A DNA stretch of 64,000 nucleotides from an uncultured Methanosarcinales archaeon (GCA_964344235.1 CAYFMJ010000001.1:348875-412874); one strand, 5' to 3'; numbered from the stretch's first letter, positions 1-10,571 are shown. The notes: generated by a model from the letters alone, not told the origin. Made by a program: numbers and translations.

Positions 1-646
1 TGAGGAATCCCAACAGAGCAAAGACCATAATTAATGCGATCACTGAGAGCCAAGCTAGGTTGTGGATGTAACTTAGATAGCTGAGAGTGGCCAGGATAAT
101 AATTCCCTGACCAGCTTCTAGACCGTTATATCCTGCAAGCATATTAAACCCATTTGTTCCTACTGCGATGATTGTAGGGATTATAATGAGGGGGTAGAGA
201 AGGCCAAGACTAACCTGTCCTATGAAAGGTATCGTCATAATGTTAGAACCTGCATTAATCGCCATAATAGGAGCTGCAACAAGTAGTGTTAGTAGTGGTT
301 TTTGCCATTGTCGTAATCCAATTTTCCACCCTAGAATATCATCAATAATACCAACCATACCTGCGATGAGAATAGCTGCTAGTAAAGCGAGGATTTCCGT
401 GATGTTGGTGTTGGCTTGCAGGAAGAAAACACGCATAGCAATATAGCCCATCACACCAATGATGAACGTGAGAAGAACGGTGATCCCTCCCATTTCAGCA
501 ACTTCTTTCGGCTGTAGCTTGTGGATGTCTTTCCCTACCAAGTTAGCTCGTTTCGCCATCTTGATCCATGATGGGATGAATAACCAAGTGAGGATAAAAA
601 CAGCTACAAACAAGGGGATGAACTGGTTTACTATGACTGAATACAT
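1..646 (-). CDS. Glycosyltransferase family 4 (MraY/AglH-like polyprenyl-phosphate GlcNAc-1-P transferase), runs off left edge
   Basis: Manual translation from ATG at 646: MYSVIVNQFIPLFVAVFILTWLFIPSWIKMAKRANLVGKDIHK...EMGG...GIIDD...NGFNMLAGYNGLEAG; multi-TM; not in ORF track because the stop lies outside the window. Confidence 0.75.
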   Translation of the reverse strand, partial: MYSVIVNQFIPLFVAVFILTWLFIPSWIKMAKRANLVGKDIHKLQPKEVAEMGGITVLLTFIIGVMGYIAMRVFFLQANTNITEILALLAAILIAGMVGIIDDILGWKIGLRQWQKPLLTLLVAAPIMAINAGSNIMTIPFIGQVSLGLLYPLIIIPTIIAVGTNGFNMLAGYNGLEAGQGIIILATLSYLSYIHNLAWLSVIALIMVFALLGFL

Positions 647-739
647 TCTTTTTCTCCCTGAAAGTTGTTTTAAATAGTTTTTGGATTTGGGGTCGTTTTT
701 AAGGAAGATTTTAAAAGGGAATTGGGTTCACTACGCTTT

Positions 740-1204
740 ATGACTGTTTGTGAAATGTGTGGTCGTTCTGGTGCTTTATCAAACTCATTAGTTGAGGGCG
801 TTGAGTTGAAAGTGTGTGGAAATTGTGCAAAGTATGGTAAAGCTGCTGCTCTGAGAACAGTTCCCCGGAATGGATATAAGCGATCTTTTCAACGGAAAGA
901 GGAACCAGCGTTTCGAATTGTCCGGGGATGTGCAAATGTTTTGCGCTCTGCGCGGGAGAAACAAGGACTAAGCCAGAAAGAGTTTGCGTCTTCTATAGGG
1001 GAGCGGGAAAGTGTTGTTGCGAAATGGGAATCTGGTAGCATGAAACCCCGTGTAGGCGTTGCAAGGAGATTAGAAAAGAGGTTTGGGGTTGTGTTAGTTG
1101 AGAGTGATGAGAATAAGAACGTTAATGTTTCTGCAGATTCTGCGAAGAAAAAGAGCGATGTGTTTACGTTAGGGGATTTTATTAAAGTGAGAAAGAGGAA
1201 GTAG
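740..1204 (+). CDS. mbf1: Archaeal multiprotein bridging factor 1 (Zn ribbon + Cro/C1 HTH)
   Basis: CEMCG...VCGNC Zn ribbon, HTH AREKQGLSQKEFA...WESG, C-terminal TLGDFIKV. Confidence 0.85.
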   Translation: MTVCEMCGRSGALSNSLVEGVELKVCGNCAKYGKAAALRTVPRNGYKRSFQRKEEPAFRIVRGCANVLRSAREKQGLSQKEFASSIGERESVVAKWESGSMKPRVGVARRLEKRFGVVLVESDENKNVNVSADSAKKKSDVFTLGDFIKVRKRK

Positions 1205-1209
1205 AGTTC

Positions 1210-1659
1210 TTAGATTAACAGTACAATCCAATATGTGAGGAAGGCAAGTGCTATGCCACCGAGTAAATCAGTCCAATCGTGTTTTTTAAGATAAATTCTG
1301 GAGTACGTTGTAACAAGAGCAGTGATTGTGAAGAGGACTGTTAACAGTGTGTTGTTGAAGAATTGGATAAAGAGGATTGCCATGAATACAATACGGGTGG
1401 TGTGCCAGCTTGGGAACGAAGAAGCATCGAGTTTTTGGATGTATGTGACATGCTCATGTTTCTGTGGACGGTCTTTGAAATAGAATGTTCTGATGATGAT
1501 AACAACGAGAAGGCTGAAGAAAAACCCAATTAGTAAATCAATGGCAACTGTGGTTTGATTGAAGAGGTAGAAAAGAGCGGTGATGAGAAAATAAAACGGT
1601 GCACCACCAAATGTTGTGATGTCTCGAAACATTTCATACGTTGTGTTTGTTTTTACCAT
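1210..1659 (-). CDS. PAP2-family membrane phosphatase
   Basis: KDRP, SFPSWH and SRIYLKKHDWTD motifs. Confidence 0.8.
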   Translation of the reverse strand: MVKTNTTYEMFRDITTFGGAPFYFLITALFYLFNQTTVAIDLLIGFFFSLLVVIIIRTFYFKDRPQKHEHVTYIQKLDASSFPSWHTTRIVFMAILFIQFFNNTLLTVLFTITALVTTYSRIYLKKHDWTDLLGGIALAFLTYWIVLLI

Positions 1660-1660
1660 G

Positions 1661-2515
1661 TTACATATAGATTAGTGTTGCTGTTGTGATAATCCAGAGA
1701 AGCGTACCAATAAGTATTGGTTTGTCTTTAATAATTGTTTCGGGTTTGTACACTATTTCAAAACCCTCTTTTAGGAGAGCGTAGGTACGGAATATTGTAA
1801 AGAGTGCGAAGGGAAGAGTGTAAAGCAAATTGTTGAATGGGCTGAGGAATGAGTATAATGTGTATGACAGGATGAGCAGAGTAATGGAAACAGTCATTAG
1901 TGTGTTTGTTAATTCGCTTGTGTATTCTTTGAGAACTTCTTTTGTATGTGTTGCTTTCTCTTTTAGCTTCGTAACGTCAGTATGTCTCTTGCTTACGGAC
2001 AGGAATAATGAGAGGAAGAACGGTACGAGAACTAGCCAGGGGGATATGACAACATCAATAGCAAATGCACCGGCAATCGCTCGAATCACAAAGAGCGTGG
2101 CAATGGTTATAACATCAGCAAGGAAGATTTTTTTGAGAAAAAATGTGTATAACTGGGTTAGCAAAAAGAGTGTGAATGCTGCGTAGAGGAAGTATGGAGT
2201 AATGGTCCAGGCAATAAACAAGCCAATTGCTAGTAAGAATGTTAAGAGGATAATGGCACTTCCTGTTTTGATTGTTCCAGCAGCAAGTGGTCGATATTTC
2301 TTAATTGGATGTAAGCGATCTTTTGCAACGTCACGTAGGTCGTTGATAATATATCCGGCGCTTGAGATGAATGATAATGAAATGAACGCAAGAAGAGTTG
2401 TGACAAGAAACTCGGTGTTAAGAATATTTGCTGAGAAAAAAATAGCGAGAAAGACAACGAGGTTTTTGTACCATTGTTGTACACGGATGAGTTTAATGTA
2501 ATTTTGAAATGTCAT
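1661..2515 (-). CDS. UbiA-family prenyltransferase, decaprenyl-phosphate phosphoribosyltransferase-like
   Basis: LIRVQQWYKN start, YIINDLRDVAKDRLHPIKKYRPLAAG motif, SKR..D motif, multi-TM. Confidence 0.8.
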   Translation of the reverse strand: MTFQNYIKLIRVQQWYKNLVVFLAIFFSANILNTEFLVTTLLAFISLSFISSAGYIINDLRDVAKDRLHPIKKYRPLAAGTIKTGSAIILLTFLLAIGLFIAWTITPYFLYAAFTLFLLTQLYTFFLKKIFLADVITIATLFVIRAIAGAFAIDVVISPWLVLVPFFLSLFLSVSKRHTDVTKLKEKATHTKEVLKEYTSELTNTLMTVSITLLILSYTLYSFLSPFNNLLYTLPFALFTIFRTYALLKEGFEIVYKPETIIKDKPILIGTLLWIITTATLIYM

Positions 2516-4011
2516 TGCGTTGGTTTATCTGTTGGTAGGTAAATTGTATAGATACAGGGGGGCTCATCTTTTTTAAATGTATGTTGTGTCTGAAACACTT
2601 GTGTGTTCTCTTCAGCAATTGTGTTGAGGAGCGCGGCCTTCCGTGTGTGGCAATCTGCATCTTCAGGGGCACAATGAAAGTCACAGCTGTTCACAACGGC
2701 AATGCCATAGTTATTCTTTTCTCGTTCATAGATTGCTTCACCATAATCCATCCCTGATAGAAGGATTGGCTTGTTATCAAAATACGAAATGACGAAAGGA
2801 TGCGAGGAAAGGATTGGTCCAGTGATGTTATTGTCTGTAATGATTTGTTGGACTTCTTTGTGTAATGTAGGGGGATTGTTGAAGTCAATATTCCCTGGTA
2901 CGAAGCTTAGGGTAAGAATTATGCACACTGCCACGAGGCCAGACGGGTGGATGAATGGTTTCTTTTGTTTTTTGAAGTAATGATGGAGTTTAATGACACT
3001 ATATCCAATAAACATTGCGACAAATGGAAGTGCCCCAATCATGTAGCGCAGTTCTTTTCGTGGGACTGTGATAAAGTAGAGAATAATGATAATTGTCATT
3101 AGCACAGGTAGGATTTTATGTTGGTCTTTCCATTGTTTTTCTTTGAAGAAATAATAAATGAATGGGATGGAGAGGAGGTGGATTGGGTTTTTGAAAAAGA
3201 ATTCTTTGAAATAAAAGAATATGCCGCTCCCATACAACCATGTTCCAGTTGTGACGATCCATGATGCAGAGGTGAGTGGTTCAAGTGGATTGCCATATGT
3301 ATAGTAGTTGAAAATGAAGAACGGTGTTGTGGCAATGATGAAACCAATTGTGAGAAGGATTCCTTGCTTGATTTTTTCCACGAATGGTTTGGCGTAGATG
3401 AGGGTGAGAAGTCCTAACCCTGCGAGGTAGATGCCCTGTGGAAATTTTGCGAGAAAGGCTAAACCGCAAAAGAAGCCAGCGAGTGTGAGATTGAGGGGTG
3501 TCTTAGTTTCCTGTTTTGTGAAAAAATATACTCCAAGTAAACCGAGGAAAATTGATAACGGGTCTGCTAAGATAAGCCCTGTAAACATGAGGAATAATGG
3601 TGCGACCCCGAAAAACAGGGCGCTGATGATTGCAGTTTTTTTATCGAAGATTTTTTCTGTGATTCTGTATAGGAAGTATACTGAGAGTGTGGAGAACACA
3701 ATGTCAAGAATTCTCCCTCCAATGACGGGGCTGATTTTAAGTTTCCATACTATTCCAATAAGCAATGGATGAAGCAGGGCGCGGAATGGTTCCCAGATTC
3801 CTAATTCACCGTTAGAAAACAGGTATTTAGCCATGCCAATATACACGTGGGAGTCCCACCACAAGGATTGGTGGAATAATAGACTCAGAAGACGGATACC
3901 AATAGCAACACTTAGTATTGTGGTAATTGGATGTTCTAAAGAATAATTCCAAAATCGTTTTATTGTGTCAGCCATGGGAATGAGTTTATGAAACTGAAAC
4001 CTCTTGATCAC
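2512..4011 (-). CDS. GT-C fold glycosyltransferase (ArnT/PMT, GT39-like)
   Basis: WWDSHVY after TM1, AFLAKFP, KELRY motifs, many TM helices. Confidence 0.75.
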   Translation of the reverse strand: MIKRFQFHKLIPMADTIKRFWNYSLEHPITTILSVAIGIRLLSLLFHQSLWWDSHVYIGMAKYLFSNGELGIWEPFRALLHPLLIGIVWKLKISPVIGGRILDIVFSTLSVYFLYRITEKIFDKKTAIISALFFGVAPLFLMFTGLILADPLSIFLGLLGVYFFTKQETKTPLNLTLAGFFCGLAFLAKFPQGIYLAGLGLLTLIYAKPFVEKIKQGILLTIGFIIATTPFFIFNYYTYGNPLEPLTSASWIVTTGTWLYGSGIFFYFKEFFFKNPIHLLSIPFIYYFFKEKQWKDQHKILPVLMTIIIILYFITVPRKELRYMIGALPFVAMFIGYSVIKLHHYFKKQKKPFIHPSGLVAVCIILTLSFVPGNIDFNNPPTLHKEVQQIITDNNITGPILSSHPFVISYFDNKPILLSGMDYGEAIYEREKNNYGIAVVNSCDFHCAPEDADCHTRKAALLNTIAEENTQVFQTQHTFKKDEPPCIYTIYLPTDKPTQ

Positions 4012-4723
4012 ATTGGTTAGAATCCTCTAAAGAGTTACAAATGATTTCGTGCATTTGTTCCTTGCCAACGACACCTTCATACTTCTCTCCGTTGATGATA
4101 AGACTAGGCTGTTTTGTTATGTCAAATTGGTTCATGACAACCTCAACCATTGGCTCTTCTTCCCGTAAATCGAGATTGATTGGAAAGACAAGGACTTGTT
4201 CCCCGAATTGTTTTTTGAAGAATGTTAGTATTGTTCCCTGGTTTGGGCAGGAAGGACAGTCTGTTGAGTAGAAGTATAGAATTGGAACAATGTCGAGTTC
4301 ACATTTCTGCTGCGATTCTTGCGCTAGTAACCAGTATCGTAGGTTATCTAAGATATAGCGACGCATGATGTTTGTTTTCTGTGTTGCAGTGATTTCTTTT
4401 TCTTCCTCGAATGAGACGACTTCACTTAACGAGTCGGAGAGGTCTTTTACTGCTTCGTTTAATGTTGTTGCAACTGCTGGACAATTGTCCTGGTTGCTAA
4501 ATGCGTTAAGATAGAGAAATTGTAGTTGTAAGCTAAGGTATTTCACGTCTTGTTCCTGGTTAATTTCATCGATAATGTTGTATCGCTGATCCTCCAGGAC
4601 AAGACCGAGAGCTAAACCCAGTGCGAAGATGAGGAACGTAATTATTCCCGCAATGATGTATTTGTCTTTACTGACTTTACGCCAGGAAGCTGTTTCGTTC
4701 GTGTTTTTTGTTGTTTTTGTCAT
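3986..4723 (-). CDS. Membrane-anchored thioredoxin-fold protein
   Basis: N-terminal TM, YFYSTDCPSC (CxxC), PSLIING. Confidence 0.6.
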   Translation of the reverse strand: MTKTTKNTNETASWRKVSKDKYIIAGIITFLIFALGLALGLVLEDQRYNIIDEINQEQDVKYLSLQLQFLYLNAFSNQDNCPAVATTLNEAVKDLSDSLSEVVSFEEEKEITATQKTNIMRRYILDNLRYWLLAQESQQKCELDIVPILYFYSTDCPSCPNQGTILTFFKKQFGEQVLVFPINLDLREEEPMVEVVMNQFDITKQPSLIINGEKYEGVVGKEQMHEIICNSLEDSNQCDQEVSVS

Positions 4724-4730
4724 AATAGTA

Positions 4731-6005
4731 TTACCATTTTATTTTTCTGTTCCGGGAGAATTCTACAAGAGAGAGAAGAAAGATGCTGCCTTTTAAGAGA
4801 TAGTAAAATGCAAAGTAGGGGATAAGGGGAAGCCATCCAAACCGCATCATTCTTTCGTTTGCATTCTTATGGGCGCGGTAGAAAAAATAAAACCCAATGA
4901 CAAAGAGGAAGATAACGATAAAGAATGGTTTGAAATCAGTGAGGAGGAGTTCTAAAGGAGTGATTGTAGTATCGAGCGTTTGAATATACGGTGAGAGGTT
5001 GAATCGGACGATACTTAAATTTTTGAGGCCGTCTAAAGCAGGAAGGGCCAGGAAATATACTGCTGCTAAAAGTCCAGTGAGAGCAAGAATATACCCCGCA
5101 GTATTCTTGATCAATTGGATTAAACCAAAGTCGCCATATTTCTTGTTAGCGATCATTCTTCTATATTGATGTAAGCAGATCATGCCACCTAGATACCAGC
5201 GTCGTCGTTGTGAGTAGAATGGTTTGATCTTGTGTGGTGCTGTAGTGTACACGTAACCGTCGAAGCATTGTTTGATTTGGTAGTTGTGTTCCTGCACACG
5301 GTACGCAATTTCTTGATCTTCAGTGATGTTTTGTGGATCGAAACCACCGAGTTTTTTGATAATGGACGTTCTGTATAATGAAAAAGGCCCAGGAGCCACG
5401 TATAGTGAGTCTAAATGACTTGCTAGCCGTGCGATGAAAATGATGATAAGATATTCTAGCCATTGAACACGTTGGAGGATGTTTTTTGGGTTATCAACTT
5501 TCATTGCTGGGGTGATGATGGCAAGATTAGGGTTGTTTTCTTTCTCATACAGTGCCAGCATTTTACGGAGCGTAGAAGGTTCAACGAATGAATCAGCGTC
5601 GAGGCATGCAAAATATTCTCCCCGAGAGACTTTAAGCGCTTTGTTCATTGATGCTCCTTTTCCCATATTGGCGTGGGAGATAAGTCGGAAGTGTGGTTTA
5701 TTATGAATGAATGCTGTGACAACTTCTTTTGTTTGATCGGTTGATCCATCGTTAATGACAATCACGTCGAGTTTCTCTTTTGGATAGTCAATGTTGTTGA
5801 TTGATTGTAATGTTTTGAGAATTGTTTTTTCTTCATTTAATGCTGGGACAATAATAGAAACGATTGGAGTTTGTGAGAGTATGGTCGTTGATTGCTCCTG
5901 TTTAAATTCAGTTCGTTTATCAATGTATACTAACAGGAAAAATACAGAGAAATATAATGATAAAACGTATGCTACCCACAAAATAACGTTAATGATAATT
6001 CCCAC
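4731..6005 (-). CDS. Processive GT2 glycosyltransferase (PgaC/cellulose synthase-like)
   Basis: IVPALNEE, NDGSTD, LDADS, TED and QRRRW motifs; flanking TM helices. Confidence 0.85.
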   Translation of the reverse strand: MGIIINVILWVAYVLSLYFSVFFLLVYIDKRTEFKQEQSTTILSQTPIVSIIVPALNEEKTILKTLQSINNIDYPKEKLDVIVINDGSTDQTKEVVTAFIHNKPHFRLISHANMGKGASMNKALKVSRGEYFACLDADSFVEPSTLRKMLALYEKENNPNLAIITPAMKVDNPKNILQRVQWLEYLIIIFIARLASHLDSLYVAPGPFSLYRTSIIKKLGGFDPQNITEDQEIAYRVQEHNYQIKQCFDGYVYTTAPHKIKPFYSQRRRWYLGGMICLHQYRRMIANKKYGDFGLIQLIKNTAGYILALTGLLAAVYFLALPALDGLKNLSIVRFNLSPYIQTLDTTITPLELLLTDFKPFFIVIFLFVIGFYFFYRAHKNANERMMRFGWLPLIPYFAFYYLLKGSIFLLSLVEFSRNRKIKW

Positions 6006-6036
6006 AGTACACCCTCAAAACACTTTTTGAACATCT

Positions 6037-7368
6037 CTATTGCTCTTCTGTAAACTCCCAAACCTCTGATTGTTCGTGAGAATGTACTAATTTAAATCTT
6101 TCGTTTCTGAGCAGGAAAAGTAAGCCTTGGTCGGAAGACAGTGTTTGCTGGAATGAGTGGGGAATATAGAAGTGGGTGATTCCTTGACTTTCTAAGATTG
6201 GGAAGAGTTGCCTGATATATAGAGAATCAGTTATGTTTGAGGTTGTTGTGGCTGAAGTTCTATGTTTTTTGTGAGGAAGGGGGGTGGCGGTTCGTTGGGC
6301 AAAGAATTGCACGTAGTGTGCATGTTCGCCTACAGCAAAAATTACTGATTCTGAAGGTGTTTCTTCCTGAATCCATTGTAATGTTTCGATTTCTGACTGC
6401 GTTGGGCCATATTCTACGAGCCGATCACTATAACTTAGTGTTGAGAAGATGATGCCGAGTAATAAGAGGAAGAGGGTGAACTTTTTTAGTTGCTGGAGGG
6501 ACCAATTCCTGTTACTGAGCTGTGTTAAGGCAGTTGTTGCGAAAAGTGTTATAACGACCGTCAGAGGGAAGATTATGGCAGAACTTACAACGTATGCCAC
6601 TACAAACAGGACAAGGAGAATGTAGAGATAACGGAACTTCTTTTTCCGCCAGGCAGCTGTCGCTCCAATGATTGCTAGGATGAATGTGAAGAAACTGATC
6701 CCACTGAGACCTCCTAAATCTGAGATGAAGTCTGAGAGGAGGTGTTGCATATGGAATGGGCCAAGAATAAACTGTTGTTGTAGAAGAAAAATATTAATTA
6801 TAAGGAGGAGAGCGAGAGTTATGAGTACAGCAATGTGTGGTGTTTTAATTCTTTTTTTGTTCAATGAATGAATTATGATTATAGTCGCAACGGCGAGAGT
6901 TGTAAAGATGTCGAAGAACGTTGTTGCGGCAAGAGGAACGAGTGCTAGGAATTGGTATTTTTGTTTTTTCTCAAGAAGTAAGAGACCTAATAGAACGAGA
7001 GGTGTCACAAGAGCGTACGTTGTTATATTCGTGAAAGTATACATGAATGCAGGGGAGAGTGCTAGAAGAATGAGGAACCATGTAGTGAATTTTGGATCGA
7101 ATTTCCAATGTTTCGTTAATGCGAAGAATAATGTTAATGAAAGCAACCCGCTGATGAGGGGAATGATGTATAACATTGCTAATGGTACGGATTGTATGTT
7201 GCTTATGTTAAGCAATGAGAGGTAAAAGTAGCTTTCTCCAGCGGCGAGTGGAGCTTTGTTAAAAAATATGTTAAGGAGTAGTGGGAGAAGAAGGATTAAC
7301 AGGTACAGGAAGTACATCATCTTTTTGTGATGGCGGGGGAATGGAATTTGTAATGTTTCTGTTTTCAT
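6037..7368 (-). CDS. Multi-pass membrane protein, probable GT-C/STT3-like fold
   Basis: Many TM helices plus soluble C-terminal domain (LQWIQEETPSESVI); start placed at MKTETLQ, which overlaps the upstream stop (ATGA). Confidence 0.55.
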   Translation of the reverse strand: MKTETLQIPFPRHHKKMMYFLYLLILLLPLLLNIFFNKAPLAAGESYFYLSLLNISNIQSVPLAMLYIIPLISGLLSLTLFFALTKHWKFDPKFTTWFLILLALSPAFMYTFTNITTYALVTPLVLLGLLLLEKKQKYQFLALVPLAATTFFDIFTTLAVATIIIIHSLNKKRIKTPHIAVLITLALLLIINIFLLQQQFILGPFHMQHLLSDFISDLGGLSGISFFTFILAIIGATAAWRKKKFRYLYILLVLFVVAYVVSSAIIFPLTVVITLFATTALTQLSNRNWSLQQLKKFTLFLLLLGIIFSTLSYSDRLVEYGPTQSEIETLQWIQEETPSESVIFAVGEHAHYVQFFAQRTATPLPHKKHRTSATTTSNITDSLYIRQLFPILESQGITHFYIPHSFQQTLSSDQGLLFLLRNERFKLVHSHEQSEVWEFTEEQ

Positions 7369-8840
7369 TTTGCAGTCTCTAAGCCACATGTTGTGCGGTA
7401 TATTTTTGTCTGGTTACTGTATACTTGCTGGAAGCACTCTTCTGTTAGGAATGTAAAAGTTTCGTGCCCCGTTTTTTGTTGTGCGTGTGGTGTGAACACA
7501 AGATATTGGGAGCTGTATTCTTGTAGAACACCAATGGCACGTGTTTGTAACGAACTTCCAAAGACAGCATTCACGTCGATGAAGCGCTTCTCTACATCCT
7601 TAATAAGCCTGAATTGGTCATCAATAATGTTTTGTCTGTTGCTGTAATAGGTAATCAAGTGGCCTTCTTTAGTGAGAGCTAAGATACCAGTGTTTTTGGG
7701 AGCATGCTCGTTGAGCCATTGGAATGCTGCTATCTCTTCATCCTGTGGCGTTTCCTGTTGTAATGATGCCAAGATAGCTGGTGCGATTGTTGTTATGAGA
7801 AGAACGAAAATTACCAGTGCTGGGATATATTTTTTGAATGTATAAATTTTTGTTTGTTCAATGTATGCGATAATGTCATCGTAAAATGATGCGAAAAATG
7901 CAGCGAGAATTATACCGAAGAAGCTGAGGGAAAGTGTAAACTCGATAAGTCGGAACCATGTGAGTATTGTTGTTGAGATAGCGAAACTCAAGAGCAGGAA
8001 TAGTTTTTTGTTTCGTGTGAAAAATAATGACCTATAGGCTACAACAACTCCTGCAAGAAATGGAATAGCACTAATGAGGATAAGAGTTTCTGCAATCGTT
8101 GCTTGTGGGAAATATTGTTGAACGATTTGAGAAGGGATGTTTTGCCAAATAAATGAAATCCCCTGTTCTATGAAGACGTTTTTGAAGAAAAGGAATTGTG
8201 CCCAGATGAAGAAGAATACTGAGAAGAGAATCAGCTCAACTTCTGCTTTACTGACACGCTTTCGTTCAATAGCTGCTAAGATAAGGTAGATGCCAAAACC
8301 CATGATGAGGAGAAATGTAGCGGAAGAGGTGAGTGAGAGAGCAAGGAATGCTATAACATACGAAAAGAGCGCTTTTTCTTTTGTCAGGTTGAGGAAAAGG
8401 TAGATTGTGTAGAAGACTAGTGGTAGGAATAACGTTTGAGGTGTAAAGGAGTTGGTGTTGTACAGAATGGGGAGGAAGCCGGCGATCGATGCTGAGAAGA
8501 GAGGACCATGCTTTTTAGTACTAATTTGGGCACTAAGGTAATAGATGATAATTGTGAGTGAGGCTATGAAAATATTTGGCAGGATTTTGGCGACTAATGC
8601 TAATGGTAGGAATAAATCGAAGAATGCTGCGACGTAATGGAATAGTGGAAGGAAGAACAGTTCTCTCCCTCCGTAGGAGAGTGAGTCTTGGTATAAAGGT
8701 AAGCCATGTTCGGTGATATGTTCCACCTGCCGCATGTGATAATATGAGTCGTAGGTTAGATTTGGAACGGAGAACGCGAGGATAAGTCTTGCAGTTAATG
8801 TTACTAGAAAAATAATAATTAACCAGTGTTTGCTTTTCAT
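7365..8840 (-). CDS. Multi-pass membrane protein, probable GT-C/STT3-like glycosyltransferase
   Basis: YDSYYHMR after TM1, C-terminal FQWLNEHAPKNTGIL...GHLITY; probable paralog of the downstream gene. Confidence 0.6.
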   Translation of the reverse strand: MKSKHWLIIIFLVTLTARLILAFSVPNLTYDSYYHMRQVEHITEHGLPLYQDSLSYGGRELFFLPLFHYVAAFFDLFLPLALVAKILPNIFIASLTIIIYYLSAQISTKKHGPLFSASIAGFLPILYNTNSFTPQTLFLPLVFYTIYLFLNLTKEKALFSYVIAFLALSLTSSATFLLIMGFGIYLILAAIERKRVSKAEVELILFSVFFFIWAQFLFFKNVFIEQGISFIWQNIPSQIVQQYFPQATIAETLILISAIPFLAGVVVAYRSLFFTRNKKLFLLLSFAISTTILTWFRLIEFTLSLSFFGIILAAFFASFYDDIIAYIEQTKIYTFKKYIPALVIFVLLITTIAPAILASLQQETPQDEEIAAFQWLNEHAPKNTGILALTKEGHLITYYSNRQNIIDDQFRLIKDVEKRFIDVNAVFGSSLQTRAIGVLQEYSSQYLVFTPHAQQKTGHETFTFLTEECFQQVYSNQTKIYRTTCGLETAK

Positions 8841-8923
8841 GTGTTTGGAATGTATGTTTTGTTTTATAAAAGTGTGGGTGTGAGTGGCTAAATCTTTAAA
8901 TGTTGTAGTGTTGTGGAGGAAAT

Positions 8924-9595
8924 ATGAGAATTTCAACAGGAGCACAATTTTTTGATGCCTTCTTAGAGGGGGGGTATGATAATGATATCATCACCACGAT
9001 TTATGGTCCTTCTGGTAGTGGAAAGACGAATCTATGCTTGTTAGCTGCGGTTAAAATTGCTGAAAGTGGCAAGAAGGTGCTGTTTATTGATACAGAAGGA
9101 GGGATTGCTGTAGAACGAATTAAGCAAATTACTTCTCGAAGTGATGAAGTGTTACAGAATATTGTTTTTTTTAACCCTGTGACGTTTGAAGAGCAGAAAG
9201 AAATTTTTGAAACGATTCGGGAGATGGTGAACCCAGAGATTGGGTTAATTGTTGTAGATTCTATTTCGATGTTGTATCGGTTAGAGTTGGGTCGCTCTGA
9301 AGAGGTGTACGAAGTGAATTCTGCGTTAGGAAAACAAATAGCGTATTTAGTTGAGATTGCACGTCGTAAGAAGATCCCTGTGTTGATTACGAATCAAGTG
9401 TATGCTGATTTTGGAAATAGGGATAGAGTGAAAATGGTTGGGGGCGACTTGTTGAAATATGGTTCAAAGTGTTTGATTGAGTTGCGAAGATTTCGAGGAA
9501 GTCGAGGGATGGTGTTACAAAAGCATCGTTCGCTTCCTGAGGGTAAAGAAGTGATGTTCAATATTGTGGGAGATGGTGTTGAGGGAGTTTTGTAA
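8924..9595 (+). CDS. radB: DNA repair protein RadB
   Basis: GPSGSGKT Walker A, VVDS Walker B, RadB KHR motif (LQKHRS), no RadA N-terminal domain. Confidence 0.9.
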   Translation: MRISTGAQFFDAFLEGGYDNDIITTIYGPSGSGKTNLCLLAAVKIAESGKKVLFIDTEGGIAVERIKQITSRSDEVLQNIVFFNPVTFEEQKEIFETIREMVNPEIGLIVVDSISMLYRLELGRSEEVYEVNSALGKQIAYLVEIARRKKIPVLITNQVYADFGNRDRVKMVGGDLLKYGSKCLIELRRFRGSRGMVLQKHRSLPEGKEVMFNIVGDGVEGVL

Positions 9596-9640
9596 TTTTT
9601 GGAGTGAATTTATTTAAATTAAGTTTGTTTTGAGCACCTC

Positions 9641-10528
9641 ATGAAAATTGATCGAAGGAAGTTCTTTAGACGATCTGGAATTGGCCTTGCTGCAGGAGCG
9701 GCTGTTCTTACACTTGATCATCATGCCTGTATGGGAAGGGAAGTTACGGCAAGGGGAGAAGTTCTTTGTGACTTACAAGCACACCCGGCAAATTATTGGG
9801 ATTTAGAAGACACGGTTGATGTGTTATTGTCTCCTGGTTTAGTGGGTTTAGGGCATAATAACGCTACAACACGTAATTTGACGTATGAAGGCGTTTTAGG
9901 AGATCCTGAGTTACGGAAATATGTTGATCAGATTACGCTTGGCCAGCTGGCAATGTTTAGTGATGGGGAACGTTATGGTTTCTTCTGTAGAGCACAGGAA
10001 GTTCAAACAAGATATTTTGATATTCTTGCACTCGGCTTTGAAGGAGAGTATTTTGCATATGGACGAGAGGACAGTCATGTTGATGTGACGAAGGCCATTC
10101 ATGATCGTGGAGGTATTGCGATTGTTGTTCATCCTTTTGTAATTGGAAGAATGCCTATTACTGATGCGCATAGGAGATTGTTGTACGGGTGGATGGAGTC
10201 AAGTGAGGCACCAGACGCTGTTGAAGTTCATAATGCACAATTGATATTACACCTACGAGATTCGAATATTGAAGCCCTTACATTAGCAGAGCACTATCAA
10301 AAGCCGGGAATTGCAGCTTCTGATGCGCATAGAAGAATTGAGCAAGTAAAGATGTGTGGAATTGGTGTTCCTGAAGGAGTTATTCTCGATCGAGGGATGC
10401 CTGGTTTAGTTGACGCGGTTCGGAGTGGAGGATTTGTTCGTTACGGCGATCCACATGAAGGGCCGTTTGTTAGCTTGTACAGTTCGGTGATGGGCCAAGT
10501 GTACGAACAAGTGTTTGGTGGTAAGTGA
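9641..10528 (+). CDS. PHP-like metallo-phosphoesterase with twin-arginine-like leader
   Basis: DRRKFF leader; DLQAH, VHPF, EVHNA, ASDAH metal motifs. Confidence 0.65.
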   Translation: MKIDRRKFFRRSGIGLAAGAAVLTLDHHACMGREVTARGEVLCDLQAHPANYWDLEDTVDVLLSPGLVGLGHNNATTRNLTYEGVLGDPELRKYVDQITLGQLAMFSDGERYGFFCRAQEVQTRYFDILALGFEGEYFAYGREDSHVDVTKAIHDRGGIAIVVHPFVIGRMPITDAHRRLLYGWMESSEAPDAVEVHNAQLILHLRDSNIEALTLAEHYQKPGIAASDAHRRIEQVKMCGIGVPEGVILDRGMPGLVDAVRSGGFVRYGDPHEGPFVSLYSSVMGQVYEQVFGGK

Positions 10529-10571
10529 CTAAGACAAAAAGCTTAAAAGTTTAGAAAAAGTTCTTATTTCT

